This document shows positions 1 to 10,457 of a stretch of 45,927 bases of DNA, piece by piece (the stretch's first letter is position 1; the number at the start of each line of letters is the position of its first letter). The position numbers and the translations under genes are program-made. The stretch is from Dimargaris cristalligena (lineage: Eukaryota). The stretch spans positions 1 to 45,927 of the forward strand of contig ML002298.1 of the NCBI GenBank assembly GCA_003614675.1, given 5' to 3'. The notes under the pieces are model-generated. The model searched no databases and was not told the DNA's origin. It worked only from the letters and a program-made list of their open reading frames with translations.

Positions 1-60
1 GTTTCCATAGTTATATAAAATAAAAGTATTTTGATTACCAGCATCACTCCTAGGTAGACG

Positions 61-1676
61 CTATTTTTTAATGGCAATTTTAGCGGCCTTCCTTCTGTTG
101 GATTGATATAAATGCTTGGTCATCTCCTCTTTCTTGTTCTCCAATACCTCCTCTAGCTGATTCGGGCCCACCGGACTATTTTGAAATATCTACAGTGGCA
201 CATAGTGCACACTATAAACCTATCCTCGGATCTTTCCTTCATTAGCTAGGCCATCACGGTCATATTCGTTAGATTGAGTAAAAAACTCGGCGAATTCACT
301 TGCGGTGGTCCCATCATGAACCAAAGTATAAATGAACGATGGACTAGCCAGCTGCTGAATATTGTGTTTAAGAAATCGTCTGATTTAAGATGCAGGTTTG
401 AACTTATATTTTAAGGGACCATGAATTTTTCTATCTCTGAGCCGATATACCTGCTTGACCAATGCTTTAGAAAGCTTAGTGGATAGCCCACTGGCCTGGT
501 GTGTTCCCCCCCAGCCCTTGTAATTGATATTGACCACATGTTCACTGCCGACACTATCCGATCTTTGAATTATATCGCCTACCAACACACCTGAGGTTTT
601 CTGGGATCCGGGAAAGGCCACTTGGGAAATTTATGTGCATAGTTCCACTGATTCACGCAAGGTTATTCCGGGCAATTTACTGAATACCTTGATGGCCCGT
701 TGAGCCCCCCTAACATTCCCCTCACTGGTAAACCATTCCTCGCCTGGCTTTAAGTTTACGAGACCAGTCGCAAGCAGTCCCAATAATATCTCGGCAGGTG
801 TCAGGGCCTTTGTATGTGTGTGGCCATCAGTCAAGCGGGAAATTTATGGGGCACTGGGTGGGCCATGGTCTTCGGCCGACCCACTGGATAATTGGTCAGT
901 CAGGGGTGCGCTGGTCATTTCTATATCCGATCCAGTGGAGCCATTAGGGGAAGACGGGTCACTTGTTACGGAAATAGGGGAGTCATCGTCGAATTGATGT
1001 TCTAAATGCACCTCGTGCTCGATAGGCTCTCCTATATTAGAGTACTCCGCATTTTCTGTCTGTGTCGGTGCTTTGTTGGCATTCCTTTGATAATCGTCTG
1101 GTTGTGGGACATGGACATTCACAAATTGGTTTCTCGGCCCCAAATTTCAACTGTTATAGGCCACCTGGTGCCTGGTGATAGAGGAGGGAACTGTTGGAAA
1201 TATAGATTCGATGATAAACGTTGTTCCGAGTATAGGATGATATAATCAGAGATAGAGAATAGTCCCGGGTATTAGGACGGACCAATCAGAGTAAAGGACT
1301 CGGAGGGGCGGGAAAATGAATTTCCAACAGGAACATGCTGTTTAGTGTCTCGGTCGGTACTTGATACAGACCCGAATGACTGGACAAACCCTGGCCGGTT
1401 ATAATGAACTTCAGAGTTAAAAAGACCTGAAACGGGTTGGCCAAAGGATGGCAACTGAGTAGCCCTTTCAGGACTGGGGTCTACGTGCGGCAACAGGGCC
1501 TCGTCGGCAAACTGGAATGGCGAGTCGCCACTTCGATTGTCCACCATGGTTCCACCTTCGACCACTTTATCCGAAAATGGTATATGGATCAAGTTAGCGG
1601 CGGGCGTAGCCCTGACAAATGACCAGATGCCAGATAAGTGTATAGCAAGAAATTGGATTGGTTGTCGAAATCGTAT
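61..1676 (-). pseudogene. Pseudogene of a probable secreted orphan protein (exons 1676-1283 and 1190 to at least 61)
   Basis: Track ORFs 844-1143, 631-834 and 385-621 are one frame separated by single TAA codons, and that frame continues to the window edge. A phase-1 intron at 1282-1191 (G|GTCCGT...CAACAG|) joins it to the 1592 frame. That frame extends up to ATA at 1676, followed by signal-peptide-like RFRQPIQFLAIHLSGIWSFVRA-TP. In-frame stops: TGA 1147-1149; TAA 844, 631, 385; TAG 220, 190, 61. Confidence 0.65.
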
Positions 1677-3632
1677 GTGTGGGAGGGTAAGAAAAATGTA
1701 TATAGAAGTGCAGCAGGGTGTTTATTTAGTATATAGCCCCCAAAGAGTCACTATAGAGAGTATACCATGGTATTTTCTATGGTAAATAGATACTACAATT
1801 AATAATACTGTATATCTTTGCTACTGCTGCCTACGAAGATTGGGGGCACGGATGAGAAATGATACTATACCCAAAGAAATCGAGGGGATAACTATTTGGG
1901 GGCGGAGCACCTTAATTTTATATCACCGTGTTCTTGCTACCACACCCCCAACAAATCTGGCCTTGATTCACCTTTGGGTGTAATATGGGGGTGCTTCGGG
2001 GTCGTACTTTAGTATAAAGAATAGCTGATTAGTGAGGAATAAGAGCACCTGGCGTCTCACATGTACTTTCTCGAGTACATCCTGCTGAATTACTATTGTC
2101 CCATAAGCATTTTGCTAGATATCATTAACAATACCTCTCATCCGGTGGTTTTGCGGACATTGGACGAGGGAAATCTACCTCGCGTAGCAGAATCCTCTCG
2201 GGGACTTAACCTGCCCAACCCTGGCAAATAATTTACTATGGTGAAAAATATAATATCAAACCGAGAGAATTCCAATATAGCTGCAAAAGGATTTCAAGGG
2301 CAAATAGACTGGATGTTGATTTTTAACCTGTACTAACCTCCTAATCAGCCGGCAGTTATGTTTCCGACTTATTTCCCAATGGCTGTTTTACACTAAAATG
2401 AATATGATCGTGTGGACTCTGGCTTGTGTCATAAAGATGGAAGGACCACACCTGTAATATGGGTCGATATAAAATCGTAACATATGGCTTTCTTCGGTCA
2501 GTGCGCTAGTTTCTTTTTATAGTTTTTTACCTAGAGGCCCATTACAGTCAGCCTAACTCTTACGAAGTAATTCCTTCCGCCCGTATAGCTACATTTAGTG
2601 GCCTGGGTGTGGTCCAATATGGGGGTGTATGACACCAATCCATATTCCACTGTGCTTACCTGATGTTTCGGCTTGACTAAATCAGGTATCTTAATTATTA
2701 TAAACAACTATACTGGTTATCCATAGATTGGGGATATCGACCTCTATCAAATAGTTAATTTTTCATTAAACAGTTTAATTGCAGGACTTCAACTTGGCTA
2801 TTATTTTTTCGTAACCCCCATATCAACCTTACTACTATAGCTGTAGGAGGAAGAAACTTTAGGGATAGGGGGGATTATGAGACCCCTGGCTATTCTTTCA
2901 CACTGGCCACTATTGGGCAATCAAAGCTATCCCCAATAAAAACGTCTACCTAACAGCCCCAGCAGAAGTTTAGACTATATTGCCAGGTGGAGCCATTACC
3001 AACAGTAGCTCACAATTACAACCCCGCTCGACGCTGGTAACTATTAATTAGCAACGACCTGGCTGCATAGTCTCATATTTATAGTGTATGGGCATACTAG
3101 ATCATATTCCAGCGGATGCTTCACTAATGTGACCCAACTCTACACCAAAAACCCGCCCAACATTGCACTGAAGTAGAAAATGCCCAGGATTCGGAGAGGT
3201 GCTCTACTCGTATGAGCAGAGGATATTACAACATGGGTTAATGATTATGGATAATGTAATCATTGAGGTTTTATAGGCCAAAAGAGGGGGGGAGCTCACA
3301 TAGCCTACCCAAGCCCTGTTCTCTGAAATCGTGACCCCATTTATTCTGGAACAACAGCAACGCCCAGGGTTCCAAATAAACCCTCTGAGGCCACTGTGCA
3401 GGTGTTTTCTAGTTGGCCCTGATTCTTATTGGACTACCATCCCACCAGTCCTCGTCAATCGCTGCTTGCTTTTACATTTGGATCTACTTTTGGGGCACCC
3501 CCACCACTATACCCCCCATTCCTATACGCAACCCAAAAGCATCTTCGGCCCACCCCGTAATATAGTTTTTTCTTGTCATTCCCCATTATCGGCTTCTTTT
3601 CCCTGCCATTTCTACACAGTGCCTACTTAAAC

Positions 3633-5159
3633 ATGCTGCCTTTCCTGCGCTCCACTGGGCGCCTTCTACCCCGGGCGGGCCCTGCCTATCGCACGCTACC
3701 GCAGCGCCTCTACAGCGACCAGCAACCGCCTTCTAAACCACAGGCCAATCCCAATCCCAGCCCCGAATCGGAAGCCCAAGAACCGACTACGACCGCCGAA
3801 CCGGCCGCCCCCACGTTCAAGCCGGCCCAATCCATTTACGATTTGGATCCCCTGCTCATGCGTCCTTCCGAACCCGAACCTGAACCCGAATCCGCCGCCG
3901 ATCAACCCCCGAGCAGCTCCGCAGAGGGGCAGTCGCCGCCCTCGGCACCCGGGGGCAACTCAGCCCATGTACCGGCCCCTTCGGGCTTAGGCTTGAATCG
4001 CCGCCGGGGTACCCATGAACGGCACCAGCAATCGAGCAAAGGAACGGCCGATCCGGAGGCCTCCCGGAAGGGCTACGTTTTCCTGACCATCGGTGCTCTA
4101 GGAGGGTTGGCCGGATTCTACCACCTGGGCCGGCCATTCGATCCGCGGGACGAGGCTACCATCAAAAAAGCTGGCATCGATGAGACCCAGCTCAGCCCCT
4201 GGGCCGCCTACTGGCAACGGGCCAAGTTCCGCGTCGGCGACTACCAGAGTTACTTCTCCAAGCCGGCCTGGGACTACCTGCTTCCCGAGCCGCTACCCGA
4301 GCAGTACCAGCGACCCTACACTCTGTTGATCAATCTGGACGAAACGCTGGTGTACTCGTCGTGGGATATTGACCACGGTTGGCGCACCGCCAAACGCCCC
4401 GGCGTCGACTATTTCCTGGGCTACATGTCCAAGTTCTACGAAATTGTGCTGTTCACCACCCAACCTTCGTACGTAGCCATGCCCATTATCGAGAAGCTGG
4501 ACCCCTACGGCTACATTATGTACCACCTGTACCGCGAGTCAACCCGGTACGATGATGGCACTTACATCAAGGACATTTCCAAGCTCAATCGGGATTTGAG
4601 CAAGGTTATTGCTGTGGACTCCAACCCGGCCGCCTACTCCGCCCAGCCTTCCAACCTGCTGAGCCTCAAGCCATGGAAGGGAGATCCCGACGATACGGGA
4701 CTCATTGCTCTGATTCCCTTCCTAGAGTATCTGGCCATGAACGACGTGGCCGATGTACGTAAAGTCCTGGATTTCTACCGCGGTAAGGATGTGGCCACCG
4801 AATTCAACAACTGGGAGAAACACCTCAAGGAGGAACTCCGCCTGCGCTGGCTCGAAGATAAGGAAAAGAAGGCCCAGGGACTTTCGGGCTGGCTCGGCAT
4901 GGGCAGCGGTCAAGCTGATGAGGACGAACCACCCAAACCCTTCTTCGAACAGAACCGAATAGCGCTACGCAAGGCTTTTGAGGACGAACAGGCCACGATC
5001 AAGGAACACGCCGAGGCTGAGCGCAAGCGTATGATGGAGGAGCAGGCCCAGCAGCTCAAGGATATGAAGCTAACCATGTGGAAGATTATCAAGGAGGGCG
5101 GCGTACCACAGCCCCCCAACCCCAATAGCTCGGAATCACAACAACCACCCAAGGCTTAG
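3633..5159 (+). CDS. TIM50: Mitochondrial import inner membrane translocase subunit Tim50
   Basis: ATG at 3633 starts an Arg-rich presequence (MLPFLRSTGRLLPR), followed by a single TM segment (YVFLTIGALGGLAGFY). The NIF/FCP1-like domain has LLINLDETLV, GWRTAKRPGVDYFL and KDISKLNRDLSKVI. Confidence 0.96.
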   Translation: MLPFLRSTGRLLPRAGPAYRTLPQRLYSDQQPPSKPQANPNPSPESEAQEPTTTAEPAAPTFKPAQSIYDLDPLLMRPSEPEPEPESAADQPPSSSAEGQSPPSAPGGNSAHVPAPSGLGLNRRRGTHERHQQSSKGTADPEASRKGYVFLTIGALGGLAGFYHLGRPFDPRDEATIKKAGIDETQLSPWAAYWQRAKFRVGDYQSYFSKPAWDYLLPEPLPEQYQRPYTLLINLDETLVYSSWDIDHGWRTAKRPGVDYFLGYMSKFYEIVLFTTQPSYVAMPIIEKLDPYGYIMYHLYRESTRYDDGTYIKDISKLNRDLSKVIAVDSNPAAYSAQPSNLLSLKPWKGDPDDTGLIALIPFLEYLAMNDVADVRKVLDFYRGKDVATEFNNWEKHLKEELRLRWLEDKEKKAQGLSGWLGMGSGQADEDEPPKPFFEQNRIALRKAFEDEQATIKEHAEAERKRMMEEQAQQLKDMKLTMWKIIKEGGVPQPPNPNSSESQQPPKA

Positions 5160-5753
5160 TAAACGATCCGAAGCCACGGGTGGCCAGGGGCGCCCGGTCA
5201 AAATATAGAATATACCCCAGGTGTGCTGCATCAGCCTAATCTAAGCCGAATAATAAAATCAGATGCCAGTTGTGAATTTACCCATCACTTTTTTTTTCGG
5301 GCGGATTGTTTCTATTTTTACTATTGGTATATTAATTTAGTTGCAATGATAATTTAAGGCTGACGGAGCGGGGATTGATTTTCTTGGATGACCAAAAGGA
5401 ATGTAATATTGGGGATATATATATATATATAGATGCCTCCTAGGCGCGCCCTCCTTCGAGACTCGATTGTACTATGGTTTAGTCTTGACACGATCTATTC
5501 TGAGTAAGGTCTCAGTATATGGTGCCTTGTAGCAAGAATATCTCCAAAGCGGTTTTAAATCATTATATAAATTGGCGTTTTAGTGGAGACAGGCTCGTTA
5601 TATTAGGACTATTATTTTTCGATTTATGGTTGATACTAAATACTTCTTTTAATCAAACGAAAGTCTTGGATGGGCGGGATGCTCAGGTAACAGAATCAAA
5701 CCGAACTAGAGATTGAACACTCAAAAATAAAGTATGCTCATATCAGCAAATAA

Positions 5754-5779
5754 ACACACACACACACACACACACACAC
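5754..5779. repeat. (AC)13 microsatellite
   Basis: Directly visible just downstream of the MRPL16 stop. Confidence 0.95.
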
Positions 5780-5806
5780 GCATTCACACATGGATATAAT
5801 TAAAAA

Positions 5807-6622
5807 TTAAACAGCAAGGGATTGCGAACTCGTAGAGCTGGCCACGGGAGTTGGTGATACAGTGGCGGGGGTAGATTCAGCAGCGGCCGTGGCGGCAAGG
5901 GCCTTCTTTTCTTCAGCCTCGCGGTAGACCACGACGGTTTTGACGGGCATCTTATGAATCGCCACCCGCAGCAACTCCTTGGCCATTTCGGGGCGAATAC
6001 CGGCCCCGCCGATTTCGAGGATGATTTTATCTTTGGGTACCCGACAGGCCCAGTACTCGAAGTCACCCTTACCTTTACCCATACGCACTTCCGTACCACG
6101 GCCGGAGACGGGGATATCGGGGAACACCCGGAGCCACACCTGGGAGCCCTTGAATGGCTTGAGCCGACGCTTGATATCGAAGATGATGGCGTCGAGTTGA
6201 CGGCCGGTGAGCCGGACGCCGTGCTTCACGCGCAGACCGTAGTCCCCGAAGTGCATGAAGTTACCCTTTTGGGAACCGCCGATCCGCACGGGAATGCGAC
6301 CCTTGTGGGCCTTGCGGTGCTTGTATTTACGCGGCTGCAGGGTGGAATTGAACCGCCGGGCCGTCCGGGATCCCAGCAGGGAAGTGAACGACGAGTTAAG
6401 CGGGGACGCCAGCGAGGTGGTGGGGGTGAATTTGATTTGTGCGAGTTGCTGGCAGACCTGGATGAGGGAGGCGGGTCGGGCGAACATGCTGTAGCCAGCG
6501 GTCTGGGGAGTGGCAGTGCTCTTCGGGAGTGGGGCGGCGGTAGCCCATCGACCGGAGAGAGGCAGGGCGGTGGATCGGGGGCGGGCCACGGCCGCAAGGG
6601 ATTGTCGGACGAGACGGAACAT
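5807..6622 (-). CDS. MRPL16: Mitochondrial ribosomal protein uL16m
   Basis: ATG at 6622 starts a presequence (MFRLVRQSLAAVARPR). L16 motifs: PRKYKHRKAHKGR and VFPDIPVSGRGTEVRMGKGKGDFEYW. Confidence 0.95.
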   Translation of the reverse strand: MFRLVRQSLAAVARPRSTALPLSGRWATAAPLPKSTATPQTAGYSMFARPASLIQVCQQLAQIKFTPTTSLASPLNSSFTSLLGSRTARRFNSTLQPRKYKHRKAHKGRIPVRIGGSQKGNFMHFGDYGLRVKHGVRLTGRQLDAIIFDIKRRLKPFKGSQVWLRVFPDIPVSGRGTEVRMGKGKGDFEYWACRVPKDKIILEIGGAGIRPEMAKELLRVAIHKMPVKTVVVYREAEEKKALAATAAAESTPATVSPTPVASSTSSQSLAV

Positions 6623-7378
6623 GGTGCTGGGGACTAGAAAGCAATCAAGGAAAAGAGGACAGTGGTAGGCAGCCAAACCCCGAATTGGAACGAAGAAGCG
6701 GTATTTGGGTGGATCAGTACGGTTTGGGTCACAGCTGGGTCTGAGATTCCATTACCCTTGTCTGGCTTGGTGGTTTCTCCTTTCTGGCCTTGATCGGACG
6801 GACAAACAGAGGGTTAGAGGTTAGCCATTCCGGTGCGTGAATCCCGCCGCCCTTGGCTCTTTTTCCCCATCCGATGCGCATCTTACCGAATTCCCGCCGC
6901 CAAGAGGGAGGCAAGGCGGTGGGGGAAATCATGGGTGATTATAGGCTAAATATTTCCCCATTCGGCATCCACGGTGTATCTAGTATGTGCGACCAGGGGG
7001 CATGGAGGATAGATAGAATCACCACCGGACTTGTTCTAAGAAGCCCATGGTGGGAAAACCCAGAGAGAGGAATTTCTTACAATAACAGATGATGGATTCA
7101 CTTAGTAGTAGGCCACGCAAGCACCAATGGATAGGCCAAATATACAATACAAGGGTATCAGGATGCCGCAATATCCAATTTAGTAAAGGCCAAGTCAAGC
7201 CAAGCCAAACCGTCTTTTTTGATACGCCGGATATTTTCCGGTTTTGCTGAAACCCCCCTCTCTGGTTCACTCCACCGACCATAGCCATAGTTGCTGTCCT
7301 TTAAGCTCACTCTTCCATTGCGCATGCGAGGTCACTCCTATCTTCCCTCTTAGCTCCTCCCTCCCCTTGCTTCCCTCC

Positions 7379-8833
7379 ATGGCGTTTCCTTCGCCCTCAC
7401 CGTTGGCCCTCGGTCTCCTCGCCGTCGTCCTGCTGGGACTGCCCGTTGTTCAAGCCCATTCCGGTCACACCAGCATCGAAATATCCCACGATATCGACGG
7501 CCGGCTGTGGGCCCATATCATATTCATGAGCCTGGCCTACGGGATCCTCTTTCCCATCGGCACTATCCTGGGCCTCGTCCACCACAAGCTCCATGTTCCC
7601 ATCCAGGCCCTCGGCGGCGTCTTCGTCGTGGTCGGCTATTTCCTAGGACACTTCCACCAGGGCCGCCACTTTGGCGAGAACGCCCACGTCGACTTCAGCC
7701 GCCTCGTTCTGCTGGCCTTCTTTATCCAGGCCGGCTGCGGTATCTACCTCAAGCTGCATCTGGAGCGCCGTCTCCGCCGCGACTACCTCCGCCCTATCCT
7801 TAAGCCAATTCACCGCTACCTGGGGCTGGCCACCATGCTGCTGGCCTGGGTCCAGATTCTGCTGGGCTTCATCGCCCTGACCGGCTTCTGTTACGCCGAC
7901 CACTTCGGCCAGTGCCTGGCCCACTTCATCATGGGCTCGTCCTTCGTCTGGTACGGAGTCTGGCTCCTATTTACCATGACCTTGGCCGGTCCGTGGCTAC
8001 GCAGCAAGGGTCGCTCGCCCGAGTTCTATGACAGTGCGCTTATCCTGGTCTGGGGGATCGTCAACACCTTCACCGAGCACCGCTGGAACGAGCCCTGGAA
8101 CCACAAGGACCTTCAACATACCGCCATGGGCATCTTATGGTGGGCCGGCGGTTTAGTGGGGGTGCTCTCCACCTGGCGGCTACCACCTACGTCGCGTAGT
8201 ATGTTCCCGGCCCTGGTGATTCTGTTCACCGGTTTAGCCATGGCCTCCCACCACCAACACACCGCCTTCTCCACCACTGTCCACGCCTACTTCGGCGGTG
8301 CCCTCTGCATTTCCGCCATAACCCGCATGATTGAACTGTGTCTGCTCAGCCAGGACAAATACCAGAACCACCCCGAACAACAGCACCCCTTCCAGTTCGT
8401 GCCCGCCTTCTTCCTGGTGCTCTCCGGGACTATGTTCATGTCGGCCCAGGAGGAATCCATTCATAACCTAATCGATATGGGCGTGGACCCAGCGTCCTAC
8501 TGCCTGCTGATCGTCTCGGTGGCCTTCTTCCTGTTCCTGATGGCCTACTCGCTTATGGTCTTCTACCGCTGGCTCAAGCCCCAGGAAAGTGACCTCGGCT
8601 ATCGCGCTGTGGGTCCCGAGGCCGGCCTCGATCACCCCGGCCACACTGGGCCCGCCTACTCGTCGGGCTCGTTCGGCCACGATACCGAGACCCACACCCA
8701 AACCATCTTCGATATAGCCTCGAACGACTCCTTCGACGATGACCCACAATCGGCTGTGACCCTACGTGAAGAGGTGGAAATGGGCCACTTGCGGTCGACT
8801 AGGGCGTCGCCTCCCCTTGATCGGGAAAAGTAG
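7379..8833 (+). CDS. YTP1: YTP1-like polytopic membrane protein (DUF2427 / cytochrome b561-like plus Ytp1 domain)
   Basis: Signal peptide and about 12 hydrophobic segments. Motifs as I recall them for fungal Ytp1: LWAHIIFM, CLAHFIMGSSF, NTFTEH, DLQHTAMG, SHHQ. Confidence 0.85.
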   Translation: MAFPSPSPLALGLLAVVLLGLPVVQAHSGHTSIEISHDIDGRLWAHIIFMSLAYGILFPIGTILGLVHHKLHVPIQALGGVFVVVGYFLGHFHQGRHFGENAHVDFSRLVLLAFFIQAGCGIYLKLHLERRLRRDYLRPILKPIHRYLGLATMLLAWVQILLGFIALTGFCYADHFGQCLAHFIMGSSFVWYGVWLLFTMTLAGPWLRSKGRSPEFYDSALILVWGIVNTFTEHRWNEPWNHKDLQHTAMGILWWAGGLVGVLSTWRLPPTSRSMFPALVILFTGLAMASHHQHTAFSTTVHAYFGGALCISAITRMIELCLLSQDKYQNHPEQQHPFQFVPAFFLVLSGTMFMSAQEESIHNLIDMGVDPASYCLLIVSVAFFLFLMAYSLMVFYRWLKPQESDLGYRAVGPEAGLDHPGHTGPAYSSGSFGHDTETHTQTIFDIASNDSFDDDPQSAVTLREEVEMGHLRSTRASPPLDREK

Positions 8834-10457
8834 GGCCCGTAAAGCCGTTCTTGAATATATACCGGCCCCAGCTGGCAACCTCTTTTAAATATATTTAGCC
8901 TATTTATGATTTTAGTTTACACCCTCCTCTATTTAAACCGGCCTTGCGCTCATTGACTACATATTATCACCCGGTTCCTTTAATATAGTTATTTGTGCGT
9001 GCCTGGTCCAGCCCCTACCAGTACTATTTGCCAAATATCTATGATTGTTTTAATCGACCGCTATTTGCCTTTGCTTAATGGTCCACTTTTGTCTATTAGC
9101 CTAGTCATTTACTAGTAAATTTTTTCAGCCATGTGTTATCACTACTGGGAGGATTGTATTTACTTTCCGACAAATAATAGTGGAGGAGGGGGGGTATAGA
9201 CGGTACTATATCACTAATAATATACCCTGGATTCCCAATTGGTGTGACTATTATATCACTCATCCATGACCGGTCCTCTTCTCCACACATGTTTGGGAGC
9301 GACAAGGTTATTCGGGCAAATCGTCGGGGCAGGACGCCCCGTTACACCTACGTTGTCACCTCTTTCGGTTTCAGTTATGGCTAAACAGGCAGCCCATACT
9401 ACATTAATTGAACAAGTATATATTGGGTAGAATGCGGCTAACTAGCCAGCTGGCAATGCTAAATAACGAAGACTTTCTTGTGATCAGTTTGAAATCCTCT
9501 TGGTCGAGGTTACAGCTATTCCATGGATAGTGTAAATACAGGTGTGGTACGACCGCCCTATATAGAGCTTCCGCCAATATGAGTATATATAAAGCTATTT
9601 ATATTTCTCATTCGTGCCGGAAATTCCCGCGTTGACTTTACTCTTCGGGTCTTGGCCAGTAGGCCGAGCCTGGAACAACTCCAGGGATATCCAGTGAGAG
9701 GGGGCTGGGATATGTTACCATTTCCGTATTTAAGGCTGGATCACATCGTAATACAAGTGCCTGACTAGGGTTATCGAGCAGGCCGAGCCCCTCCTATTCC
9801 CACAACCTGCCCAATGCATTTTAACAGTATGCTTATTTAGCATCCCGCCCCTTACTTTTGAAAATTCGGAGGTCTATTATTCTCAATCACAAACCAATGG
9901 TGACAAATTGGCTCAGGGTTGGCCAGTCACCTGCGGGTTAGTCGTTGTGGAATTATCGAGGGGCTTAAGCCTACCATACGGTGAAACGCGTGCAAAATGC
10001 AACACTATCTGACCCACCCACTTATCTTCCCGTATGCTTGGGGGTATTGGCAACTAAATAGCGAATTTGGAAATCGGATAGTGTCTATATTCCGTATAGT
10101 AAGCAGGTGGTTTATCCACCTCTAAGTAAAGATGGAGCCCAGTTGGGCAAAATCTCCCACCTTGCCCAGTTACACAATACAGCGGTAGCTGTATTTTCTA
10201 TGCTTATCGGGTGAGTGCAGCTCGTACCCATCTCCTGAAAACCCAATTAGCGAGCTTTTATAAATAGCACCCTTACCCCACCTCCCATACTCGATTAAAT
10301 TAACTACTATGTTATCCCGGCTATACATACACCGAGCCCTAGTGACCTATTCCAAACCATATTCATATGCATTTTATTAAACGGCGCAATTATACTGTAG
10401 CAGTAATTCTTTGAGCAGTACCCATTTCAGCTGTTCTTAATTTGGTCTATCTCCGCT

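Noticed and set aside
61-1190. TAA/TAG reassigned to Gln as the explanation for the in-frame stops
   Set aside because: Conserved genes in the same window end at TAA or TAG exactly at their expected C-termini (TAF10, ATG5, ELP4, MAS1, RPN5), so the standard code applies.
5954-6637. 227-aa + strand ORF over MRPL16, and the many short ORFs inside other genes
   Set aside because: These are antisense or alternate-frame shadows of GC-rich coding sequence with no independent support.
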